A stretch of DNA of 9,602 nucleotides, taken from a virus. Its lineage: Duplodnaviria; Heunggongvirae; Uroviricota; Caudoviricetes. The stretch lies in the IMG/VR virus record IMGVR_UViG_2695420708_000010. The stretch is one strand, 5' to 3'. Positions within the stretch are counted from its first letter, which is position 1; the number at the start of each line of letters is the position of its first letter. Positions 1 to 5,314 of this stretch are shown here, one piece after another. The notes under the pieces were generated by a model. The model saw only the letters and a list, made by a program, of their open reading frames with translations, did not search any database and had not been told where the DNA came from. The position numbers were made by a program, and so were the translations under genes.

Positions 1-167
1 AAGAACAAATGGTAGTGTCCGCTATTGCCAGTACACCTCAGGGTATAAGGGGTTATGGCCACCGGACTACCAAACGGCTGCCAGCCCTCTTTCAGTTTAT
101 GTGTCAGCTTTTCCGCAAGATCTGACGGCGGCGCCGCCCTGACAACATCATAGTGTTTAAATGCCAT
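1..167 (-). CDS. Partial hypothetical ORF running off the left window edge (5' end inside, 3' end outside); begins MAFKHYDVVRAAPPSDLAEKLTHKLKEGWQPFGSPVAITPYTLRCTGNSGHYHLF
   Basis: Own minus-strand translation: ATG at 167..165 with GGTGGA about 9 nt upstream; frame stays open for 55 codons to position 3. Absent from the supplied ORF track because it has no in-window stop. Competes with the plus-strand ORF 9..125. Confidence 0.3.
   Translation of the reverse strand, partial: MAFKHYDVVRAAPPSDLAEKLTHKLKEGWQPFGSPVAITPYTLRCTGNSGHYHLF
3..40. repeat. Left arm of terminal inverted repeat (38 bp, perfect reverse complement of 9565..9602)
   Basis: Reverse complement of 9565..9602 equals 3..40 base for base; match ends at 41 versus 9564; the right arm reaches the window edge, so true length is unknown. 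Confidence 0.9.
9..125 (+). pseudogene. 38-aa ORF whose first 10 codons (MVVSAIASTP) match the start of the 9366..9596 gene at the opposite window end, then diverge; probable gene-start remnant
   Basis: ATG at 9..11, stop TGA at 123..125; the first 30 coding nt lie inside the terminal inverted repeat. Confidence 0.25.
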
Positions 168-360
168 GGTTCTTTCCACCATCTGAAAAATAATTCTTTA
201 AAATACCTGACATGTAATACAGAAAAAACACAAAACCATACCTTAAATAAAAACCTGATTATCAAGCAGATATGCATGGATAAACTACAAGACGAGATAT
301 AAACCACCCTGCATTTAAATAAACAATAAACAACATCAGAAAAATAATTCTGCTCTATGG

Positions 361-387
361 TTTACATTCAAAAATATCATTTATACT
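361..387 (+). promoter_or_regulatory. Candidate sigma70 promoter for ORF 428..763 (TTTACA, 15-bp spacer, TATACT)
   Basis: -35-like TTTACA at 361..366 and -10-like TATACT at 382..387, about 40 nt upstream of the ATG; RBS AAGGAA precedes the ATG at 428. Confidence 0.4.
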
Positions 388-427
388 TTTCAGAACATCA
401 CCAGCAAGGCATAAACAAGGAAACTAA

Positions 428-763
428 ATGAAGTGGATTGTGATTGATACAGTTATCCAGCCATCATGCGGAATATCTTTTTCAGTCATATGGAGTAAAA
501 TAAAATTAATAATCTGGTATCAATCGGATGCTTTCTTACCTCCTGAAAGTATATTTACACTGACTCACACAGGCATCATGCTCAATAACAAAGTGCTACC
601 TGTAACCATTTACAACGTAGTACCATTCAATAAAACATTCTGGAATTCAATCAAAAATAGCCAGGAATGCCCTACAAATACAGATAACGTATTGAATGAA
701 TGCTTTAATAACCGTTGCACTCTGCAAATATGTCCTTATGGACTAAAACAACAAAGTCCATAA
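428..763 (+). CDS. Hypothetical 111-aa protein, AT-rich, four Cys in the C-terminal 30 residues; no family recognised
   Basis: ORF track; ATG with AAGGAA RBS about 8 nt upstream and a candidate promoter; opposite orientation to all neighbouring genes; identical second copy at 3672..4007. Confidence 0.45.
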   Translation: MKWIVIDTVIQPSCGISFSVIWSKIKLIIWYQSDAFLPPESIFTLTHTGIMLNNKVLPVTIYNVVPFNKTFWNSIKNSQECPTNTDNVLNECFNNRCTLQICPYGLKQQSP

Positions 764-797
764 GGAGTTTACTCACATCTGACAAAATCAATATAAA

Positions 798-819
798 CAG
801 CCCCTCCGGAGAGGGGCTG
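798..819. terminator. Perfect 9-bp stem, 4-nt loop hairpin (CAGCCCCTC-CGGA-GAGGGGCTG); intrinsic terminator for minus-strand transcription, possible 3' end for ORF 428..763
   Basis: On the minus strand the hairpin is followed by a U-rich tract (TTTATATTGATTTTG); on the plus strand there is no T tract after it. Confidence 0.5.
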
Positions 820-1012
820 GAGAGTGGCGCTATGTGCCATTGCATGGTGCCGGGTGCCTCCCGGTGAATTCAGTACCAGCACCTGAATCCGCGATTATCC
901 CATATACCTACTCGCTGATTGCCCCTCCGCACAGGGGGATTCACCATGCCAGTTTCTTTTAACAAACTCCCCGCAAAACAGACAACTGTCAACCGTCTGA
1001 ATTGTGAGACAT

Positions 1013-1040
1013 TTAAAAAAAAGGCCCGCAAAAGCGAGCC
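1013..1040 (-). terminator. Rho-independent terminator immediately downstream of the Arg-UCU tRNA
   Basis: Minus-strand RNA GGCUCGC-UUUU-GCGGGCC (7-bp stem with one G-U pair) followed by eight U. Confidence 0.7.
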
Positions 1041-1054
1041 AGGGAAAATAAGTG

Positions 1055-1131
1055 TGGCGCGTTGTACTGGATTCGAACCAGTGACCGATTGCTTAGAAGG
1101 CAATTGCTCTGTCCGGCTGAGCTAACAACGC
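1055..1131 (-). tRNA. argO: tRNA-Arg, anticodon UCU (reads AGA), 77 nt with encoded CCA
   Basis: Hand-folded cloverleaf: acceptor GCGTTGT/ACAACGC, D stem GCTC/GAGC, anticodon stem ATTGC/GCAAT with loop CTTCTAA, T stem ACTGG/CCAGT with loop TTCGAAT. Symbol assigned from memory of the Stx-phage ileZ-argN-argO cluster; not verified. Confidence 0.88.
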
Positions 1132-1144
1132 ATGATGCAGATAA

Positions 1145-1221
1145 TGGACCGCCATCGGGGACTTGAACCCCGCGCAGCCAGCTTCGAAGGCTGGCGCTCT
1201 TTCCTGATGAGCTAATGGCGG
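1145..1221 (-). tRNA. argN: tRNA-Arg, anticodon UCG (reads CGA/CGG), 77 nt with encoded CCA
   Basis: Hand-folded: acceptor CCGCCAT/ATGGCGG, D stem GCTC/GAGC, anticodon stem CCAGC/GCTGG with loop CTTCGAA, T stem CGGGG/CCCCG with loop TTCAAGT. Unusual 5' C. Symbol from memory; not verified. Confidence 0.8.
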
Positions 1222-1228
1222 TATGTGA

Positions 1229-1304
1229 TGGTGGCCCTTGCTGGATTTGAACCAGCGACCTGGCGATTATGAGTCGCTCGCTCTCACCACTGAGCTAAAG
1301 GGCC
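1229..1304 (-). tRNA. ileZ: tRNA-Ile2-like, anticodon CAU (ileX/ileZ type, presumably lysidine-modified to read AUA), 76 nt with encoded CCA
   Basis: Hand-folded: acceptor GGCCCTT/AAGGGCC, D loop AGTGGTGA, anticodon loop CTCATAA, T loop TTCAAAT. Resembles E. coli ileX as I recall it; Met versus Ile cannot be settled from sequence alone. Confidence 0.85.
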
Positions 1305-1344
1305 GGGAGCCGCATAATAACGACGCGTAATTAATTCTTCAATA

Positions 1345-2403
1345 TCATCCGTTCTGGCTGACTAAATCCTGTACTTCCCGAACCGTCTGCTCAAAACGTT
1401 CAGTCTCCAGCTCAACGCCAATTGCACGACGCCCGAGCGCCAGTGCCGCTTTCACTGTCGAACCCAACCCCATGAAAAAATCTGCAATCAGGTCACCCGG
1501 ACGACTGCTAGCGCTGATTATCTGCTGCAGCATTTCTGCCGGTTTTTCGCACGGATGTTTCCCGGGATAGAACTGCACCGGTTTATGCGTCCACACATCG
1601 GTATACGGCACCTGCACCGTCACGCCAAAATACCGCCGCAGATGTTTATATTCACTCAGCAGCTCCGCATACTGCCGGTTCAGTGAGGTATACGTATCCA
1701 CCAGCTGGTGGTGGAGCTTTTCCAGTTCACCACGCCGATGCTTCTCTTCTGCCACCCGGGCAAACAGCGCCTGTAATTTCAGATAATCGCTTTCATTCGG
1801 CAACTGCCACTGACCGGCACTGAACCAGTGCGACACCATGTTTTTCTTTCCTGTGGCATCTGCAATCTGTTTTGCCGTTATCCCCAGGGCAGCTCGCGCA
1901 TCACGAAAGTAAGAAATCAGCGGGGCCATCACATGCTGTTTCAGTGCACTGCCCTTCGCCGCATACCCGGCATCTTTCGGACGATACGGCCCCTGATAAT
2001 GTTCCGCGAACAGAATGCGCTCTGTGGCGGGGAAATACGCCCGCAGGCTTTCCTTGTTGCATCCGTTCCAGCGTCCGGACGGCTTCGCCCAGATAATATG
2101 GTTCAGCACACTGAAGCGTTCACGCATCATGATTTCGATATCAGATGCCAGGCGATGACCACAGAACAGGTAAAGACTTCCGGCAGGTTTCAGCACCCGC
2201 CAGAACTGCGCCAGACACTGGTCCAGCCACTTCAGGTAATCATCGTCGCCCTTCCACTGGTTATCCCAGCCCTCAGGCTTCACTTTAAAGTACGGCGGGT
2301 CCGTGACTATCAGGTCAACAGAATTTTCGGGTAACGACCGGATAAATTCCAGGCAGTCGGCGTTGATTAACTCACAACTGGATATTTTTACAGTATTAAG
2401 CAT
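1345..2403 (-). CDS. DNA methyltransferase, beta-class N6-adenine or N4-cytosine (N6_N4_Mtase family), 352 aa
   Basis: ORF track. Motif IV DPPY (VDLIVTDPPYF) precedes the AdoMet motif I (DFFMGLGST), the order that defines beta-class amino-MTases; C-terminal HPCEKP...ASSRPGD block resembles YhdJ-type enzymes. ATG start, weak SD. Confidence 0.9.
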   Translation of the reverse strand: MLNTVKISSCELINADCLEFIRSLPENSVDLIVTDPPYFKVKPEGWDNQWKGDDDYLKWLDQCLAQFWRVLKPAGSLYLFCGHRLASDIEIMMRERFSVLNHIIWAKPSGRWNGCNKESLRAYFPATERILFAEHYQGPYRPKDAGYAAKGSALKQHVMAPLISYFRDARAALGITAKQIADATGKKNMVSHWFSAGQWQLPNESDYLKLQALFARVAEEKHRRGELEKLHHQLVDTYTSLNRQYAELLSEYKHLRRYFGVTVQVPYTDVWTHKPVQFYPGKHPCEKPAEMLQQIISASSRPGDLIADFFMGLGSTVKAALALGRRAIGVELETERFEQTVREVQDLVSQNG

Positions 2404-2435
2404 GGATCATTAAGCCTGTCTCTGATAGGCTCATT

Positions 2436-2454
2436 CTGCTTTTGCGCAAAGCAG
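2436..2454. promoter_or_regulatory. Imperfect palindrome CTGCTTT-TGCGC-AAAGCAG about 33 bp upstream of the methyltransferase start; candidate operator or 5'-UTR hairpin
   Basis: 7-bp inverted arms around a 5-bp centre; no U tract, so not a terminator. Confidence 0.35.
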
Positions 2455-2495
2455 TGGGCCTGAGGTTTGCTTGTGAACCCAACGCATGAGCAGAT

Positions 2496-2526
2496 GGCTG
2501 GTGGGTGCCCCTAACACCCACCAGCC
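2496..2526. other. Perfect 12-bp stem, 7-nt loop hairpin (GGCTGGTGGGTG-CCCCTAA-CACCCACCAGCC) between ORF 2554..2751 and the methyltransferase
   Basis: Arms are exact reverse complements; not followed by a U tract on either strand; function unknown. Confidence 0.5.
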
Positions 2527-2537
2527 GCCCATTTACC

Positions 2538-2566
2538 ACAAATAAAAAAGCCTTCACTGCGGAAGG
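2538..2566 (-). terminator. Rho-independent terminator overlapping the stop codon of ORF 2554..2751
   Basis: Minus-strand RNA GCCUUC-CGCAGU-GAAGGC followed by UUUUUUAUUUG. Confidence 0.65.
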
Positions 2567-2751
2567 CGTCTGTAACAACCGAACTGATAGTCTGCCAGAC
2601 CCGCCATAACCAGCTGGGTCAGTATTAACTGGCAGCGTTCGCGTGAAAGGTAAGTATTCTGCGCTATCTCCCCGACTGTCGCCGGTTCGGTAACGCTTAA
2701 TTCATTAAACACCACTCTGGCGGTTTCTGTCATATCCTGCTGTTTTAGCAT
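2554..2751 (-). CDS. Hypothetical 65-aa protein with a helix-turn-helix-like segment (TVGEIAQNTYLSRERCQLILTQL); possible small DNA-binding regulator
   Basis: ORF track; ATG at 2751..2749 with AAGGAAAAG RBS; ends in a terminator; lies just upstream of the methyltransferase. Confidence 0.5.
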   Translation of the reverse strand: MLKQQDMTETARVVFNELSVTEPATVGEIAQNTYLSRERCQLILTQLVMAGLADYQFGCYRRLPQ

Positions 2752-2869
2752 GTCTTTTCCTTTTCCGGTTAACGTGACACACCAATAACTCTTGTCGAAA
2801 AAGCCAGCAAGCTGAAAGACAGGTATTCACCGCCACCAGCGCGTTTACTGTACTGACGCGATTTCAGTC

Positions 2870-2896
2870 ATAAAAAACCCGCTCGGCGGCGGGTTG
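2870..2896 (-). terminator. tR'-like terminator, second copy (identical to 5209..5235)
   Basis: Minus-strand RNA A-CCCGC-CGCCGA-GCGGG-UUUUUUAU; lies inside the 2870..3394 repeat block. Confidence 0.7.
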
Positions 2897-2942
2897 TAGA
2901 AACTCTTCTAACGTCAGGCATAAAACGCCCATAGTTATGACG

Positions 2943-2970
2943 AATTTACCACAGATTCCGGAAAAATCAA
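2943..2970 (-). promoter_or_regulatory. PR'-like late promoter, second copy (identical to 5282..5309)
   Basis: Same sequence as the promoter downstream of the intact Q gene, offset 2339 bp. Confidence 0.4.
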
Positions 2971-2975
2971 CCTTG

Positions 2976-3394
2976 TTACCTAGTTACCTTTTTTAACTGC
3001 CGCTCAGCCCATGCTTCTTCAATATCAAACCGGGTCACCAGCGCATCATAAAATTTCTTAACTGTTTTTTCCCATGACGCGCGTGTTATCTGGTTTGTCA
3101 CCTCGCATATAGCATTAAATGCCTCCGTTGATGGTAGTCTTTCATAGCCACGACCACCACAACGCTGGCAGTCTCTGATAACAGGCATACCACGTTTTAC
3201 CGACTCTTCACGATGAATGGCGACACCACGCCCACGGCAATCCTTACAGGCGGTGGAAACCTCACCCTTTCCGCCACACTCCGGACAGGCAACTTTTACC
3301 ACCTCCCTGACTTTTTTCCATTCTTCCCAGTAAGACGGATACACACCTTTCGTACACTTTGCCCATACCGGCGGCTTACCATCCGGATACTGGA
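2976..3394 (-). pseudogene. 3' fragment of a Q-like antiterminator gene (C-terminal ~139 codons with the CxxCxGxG zinc-finger repeats), fused at 3394/3396 to the AT-rich module
   Basis: 2870..3394 matches 5209..5733; the intact gene's N-terminal ~134 codons are missing. The 191-aa track ORF 2976..3551 takes its first 52 codons from AT-rich module DNA with a GTG start and no SD. Confidence 0.8.
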
Positions 3395-3604
3395 AAGTGT
3401 TTAAATGCCATGGTTCTTTCCACCATCTGAAAAATAATTCTTTAAAATACCTGACATGTAATACAGAAAAAACACAAAACCATACCTTAAATAAAAACCT
3501 GATTATCAAGCAGATATGCATGGATAAACTACAAGACGAGATATAAACCACCCTGCATTTAAATAAACAATAAACAACATCAGAAAAATAATTCTGCTCT
3601 ATGG

Positions 3605-3631
3605 TTTACATTCAAAAATATCATTTATACT
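3605..3631 (+). promoter_or_regulatory. Candidate sigma70 promoter for ORF 3672..4007 (copy of 361..387)
   Basis: Identical sequence to copy A. Confidence 0.4.
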
Positions 3632-3671
3632 TTTCAGAACATCACCAGCAAGGCATAAACAAGGAAACTAA

Positions 3672-4007
3672 ATGAAGTGGATTGTGATTGATACAGTTAT
3701 CCAGCCATCATGCGGAATATCTTTTTCAGTCATATGGAGTAAAATAAAATTAATAATCTGGTATCAATCGGATGCTTTCTTACCTCCTGAAAGTATATTT
3801 ACACTGACTCACACAGGCATCATGCTCAATAACAAAGTGCTACCTGTAACCATTTACAACGTAGTACCATTCAATAAAACATTCTGGAATTCAATCAAAA
3901 ATAGCCAGGAATGCCCTACAAATACAGATAACGTATTGAATGAATGCTTTAATAACCGTTGCACTCTGCAAATATGTCCTTATGGACTAAAACAACAAAG
4001 TCCATAA
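3672..4007 (+). CDS. Hypothetical 111-aa protein, second copy identical to 428..763
   Basis: ORF track; identical translation; same RBS and promoter. Confidence 0.45.
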   Translation: MKWIVIDTVIQPSCGISFSVIWSKIKLIIWYQSDAFLPPESIFTLTHTGIMLNNKVLPVTIYNVVPFNKTFWNSIKNSQECPTNTDNVLNECFNNRCTLQICPYGLKQQSP

Positions 4008-4041
4008 GGAGTTTACTCACATCTGACAAAATCAATATAAA

Positions 4042-4063
4042 CAGCCCCTCCGGAGAGGGGCTG
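4042..4063. terminator. 9-bp stem hairpin, copy of 798..819
   Basis: Identical sequence to copy A. Confidence 0.5.
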
Positions 4064-4287
4064 GAGAGTGGCGCTATGTGCCATTGCATGGTGCCGGGTG
4101 CCTCCCGGTGAATTCAGTACCAGCACCTGAATCCGCGATTATCCCATATACCTACTCGCTGATTGCCCCTCCGCACAGGGGGATTCACCATGCCAGTTTC
4201 TTTTAACAAACTCCCCGCAAACCAGACAACAGTCAACCGCCTGAATTGTGAAGTATTTAAAAATTTCTCCCGCTAACTGATACCCGG

Positions 4288-4374
4288 CTAACAGTCTGGC
4301 GTTTTCTTTTTCAGCAACGGGAAAGCAACAACCACCACACCCGCCACCAGCACACCGTCAGCCAGCACTGACAT
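4288..4374 (-). CDS. Candidate 28-aa hydrophobic peptide (MSVLADGVLVAGVVVVAFPLLKKKTPDC), single predicted TM segment then a basic tail
   Basis: Own translation; ATG at 4374..4372, stop TAG at 4290..4288; only a weak GGA SD; below the ORF-track size cutoff. Confidence 0.25.
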   Translation of the reverse strand: MSVLADGVLVAGVVVVAFPLLKKKTPDC

Positions 4375-4454
4375 TATCCGGCTGCTGCAATGCCATTCAC
4401 AAAAACAGTAAGCAATCACTTTTTACCGTAACAGGTGATAATCCAGATATGTAT

Positions 4455-4781
4455 CTACCCCAGATGAGTAATCCGAAGTTCATCCATACCACAGGTCCTG
4501 GCTATTCTGTTGTACTCCTGAACAAGAGCAAATAATTCTGAATTAGCAACCATGAACTCATCGCAAACCCTCTGTATAGCATCACTATTCAGAATAATAA
4601 CGTCTCTTCCCGAAAGACGATCAGGAGTACAGAACAAAACTGTCAAACGGCTGAAGGCCTTTGCTCGTGCTGCATTGACTATATCAATACGCTGCCTAAG
4701 GATGAAACACCCCGACGCCTCATCAATATTCACTCTACCCACACCATATGAATGATAAATATTTAATGCTGAAAAAACCAT
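4455..4781 (-). CDS. Hypothetical ~108-aa protein (117 aa from the TTG at 4808); no family recognised
   Basis: ORF track 4455..4808 begins at TTG; first ATG is at 4781..4779; no convincing SD for either start; sits directly downstream of the tRNA cluster on the late strand. Confidence 0.3.
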   Translation of the reverse strand: MVFSALNIYHSYGVGRVNIDEASGCFILRQRIDIVNAARAKAFSRLTVLFCTPDRLSGRDVIILNSDAIQRVCDEFMVANSELFALVQEYNRIARTCGMDELRITHLG

Positions 4782-4918
4782 TAGACCGTATAACAAACAC
4801 TCAATCAATACTTAACAGAACTTTTATTTTTGACAAACATAAAATATTTTCAACAATATCCTGAGCCAGGTATATTTCAGTATAAGGCTCTGCCGGAAGG
4901 AATCTGGAAGAATGAATA

Positions 4919-4995
4919 TGGCGCGCTGTACTGGATTCGAACCAGTGACCGATTGCTTAGAAGGCAATTGCTCTGTCCGGCTGAGCTAACAACGC
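4919..4995 (-). tRNA. argO: tRNA-Arg, anticodon UCU, 77 nt; differs from the 1055..1131 copy by one acceptor-stem change giving a U-G pair
   Basis: Same hand-folded cloverleaf as 1055..1131; plus strand reads GCGCTGT where the other copy reads GCGTTGT. Confidence 0.85.
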
Positions 4996-5008
4996 TGAAT
5001 ACCGATAA

Positions 5009-5088
5009 TGGACCGCCATCGGGGACCCGCCCCCGCACCAACAACCCTGTTATCATGTCGTCTGCTCTTCCTGATAAGCTAATGGCGG
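5009..5088 (-). pseudogene. Degenerate tRNA-Arg-like element: acceptor stem and D arm conserved, anticodon arm, variable loop and T loop replaced
   Basis: The 5' ~25 nt and 3' ~17 nt align with the intact Arg-UCG tRNA at 1145..1221; the middle (AGACGACATGATAACAGGGTTGTTGGTGCGGGGGCGGG) gives no anticodon stem-loop by eye and the T loop lacks TTC. Confidence 0.55.
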
Positions 5089-5095
5089 TTTGTGA

Positions 5096-5171
5096 TGGTG
5101 GCCCTTGCTGGATTTGAACCAGCGACCTGGCGATTATGAGTCGCTCGCTCTCACCACTGAGCTAAAGGGCC
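5096..5171 (-). tRNA. ileZ: tRNA-Ile2-like, anticodon CAU, 76 nt; identical to 1229..1304
   Basis: Identical sequence to the other copy. Confidence 0.85.
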
Positions 5172-5208
5172 GGGAGCAGAATAATAACGGTCCGTAATTA
5201 ATTCCGCA

Positions 5209-5235
5209 ATAAAAAACCCGCTCGGCGGCGGGTTG
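5209..5235 (-). terminator. tR'-like rho-independent terminator between the Q-like gene and the tRNA cluster
   Basis: Minus-strand RNA A-CCCGC-CGCCGA-GCGGG followed by UUUUUU; about 80 nt downstream of the Q stop. Confidence 0.7.
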
Positions 5236-5281
5236 TAGAAACTCTTCTAACGTCAGGCATAAAACGCCCATAGTTATGACG

Positions 5282-5309
5282 AATTTACCACAGATTCCGG
5301 AAAAATCAA
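5282..5309 (-). promoter_or_regulatory. PR'-like late promoter (-35 TTGATT, 16-bp spacer, extended -10 TGgTAAATT); would give a ~65-nt transcript ending at tR'
   Basis: Hexamers at 5309..5304 and 5287..5282 on the minus strand, immediately after the Q stop codon (5315..5317). Confidence 0.4.
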
Positions 5310-5314
5310 CCTTG

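Larger units (their letters stand above)
152..1019. repeat. AT-rich module, copy A (direct repeat of 3396..4263)
   Basis: Offset of 3244 bp; no difference seen from 152 to about 977 on line-by-line comparison, then about 5 mismatches before homology ends near 1019. Visibly AT-rich from 160 to 790. Confidence 0.85.
2870..3394. repeat. 525-bp direct repeat (copy 2) of 5209..5733, covering tR', PR' and the 3' part of Q
   Basis: Offset 2339 bp; both boundaries located by eye (2869/5208 and 3395/5734 differ). Confidence 0.9.
3396..4263. repeat. AT-rich module, copy B (direct repeat of 152..1019)
   Basis: See copy A; the right boundary at 3396 abuts the truncated Q fragment. Confidence 0.85.

Noticed and set aside
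104-307. Track ORF 104..307 (-) and the first 52 codons of track ORF 2976..3551 (-)
   Set aside because: Encoded by the AT-rich promoter region of the module, low-complexity hydrophobic translation, GTG start without SD; in 2976..3551 it is merely fused in frame to the Q fragment by the breakpoint.
152-1019. AT-rich module as an IS element or MITE
   Set aside because: Its ends share only an 8-bp inverted motif (TTTAAATG / CATTTAAA, itself built on the palindrome TTTAAA) and it encodes no transposase; too weak to call a mobile element.
870-1125. Track ORFs 870..1103 (-) and 919..1125 (+)
   Set aside because: Both overlap the Arg-UCU tRNA and its terminator; no RBS; most likely translation artefacts of structured RNA sequence.
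1828-2334. Track ORFs 1828..2334 (+) and 1872..2096 (+)
   Set aside because: Antisense and internal to the well-supported methyltransferase gene; no start signals.
2396-2578. Track ORF 2396..2578 (-), 60 aa
   Set aside because: Runs through a terminator, a 12-bp stem-loop and the palindrome, and overlaps the methyltransferase start; the region is better explained as structured non-coding leader.
4455-4808. Possibility that 4260..4920 is a decayed stx toxin locus
   Set aside because: Neither strand resembles the Stx A or B subunit sequences as I recall them; treated as unrelated cargo.
4830-5117. Track ORF 4830..5117 (+), 95 aa
   Set aside because: Spans the entire tRNA cluster on the opposite strand.
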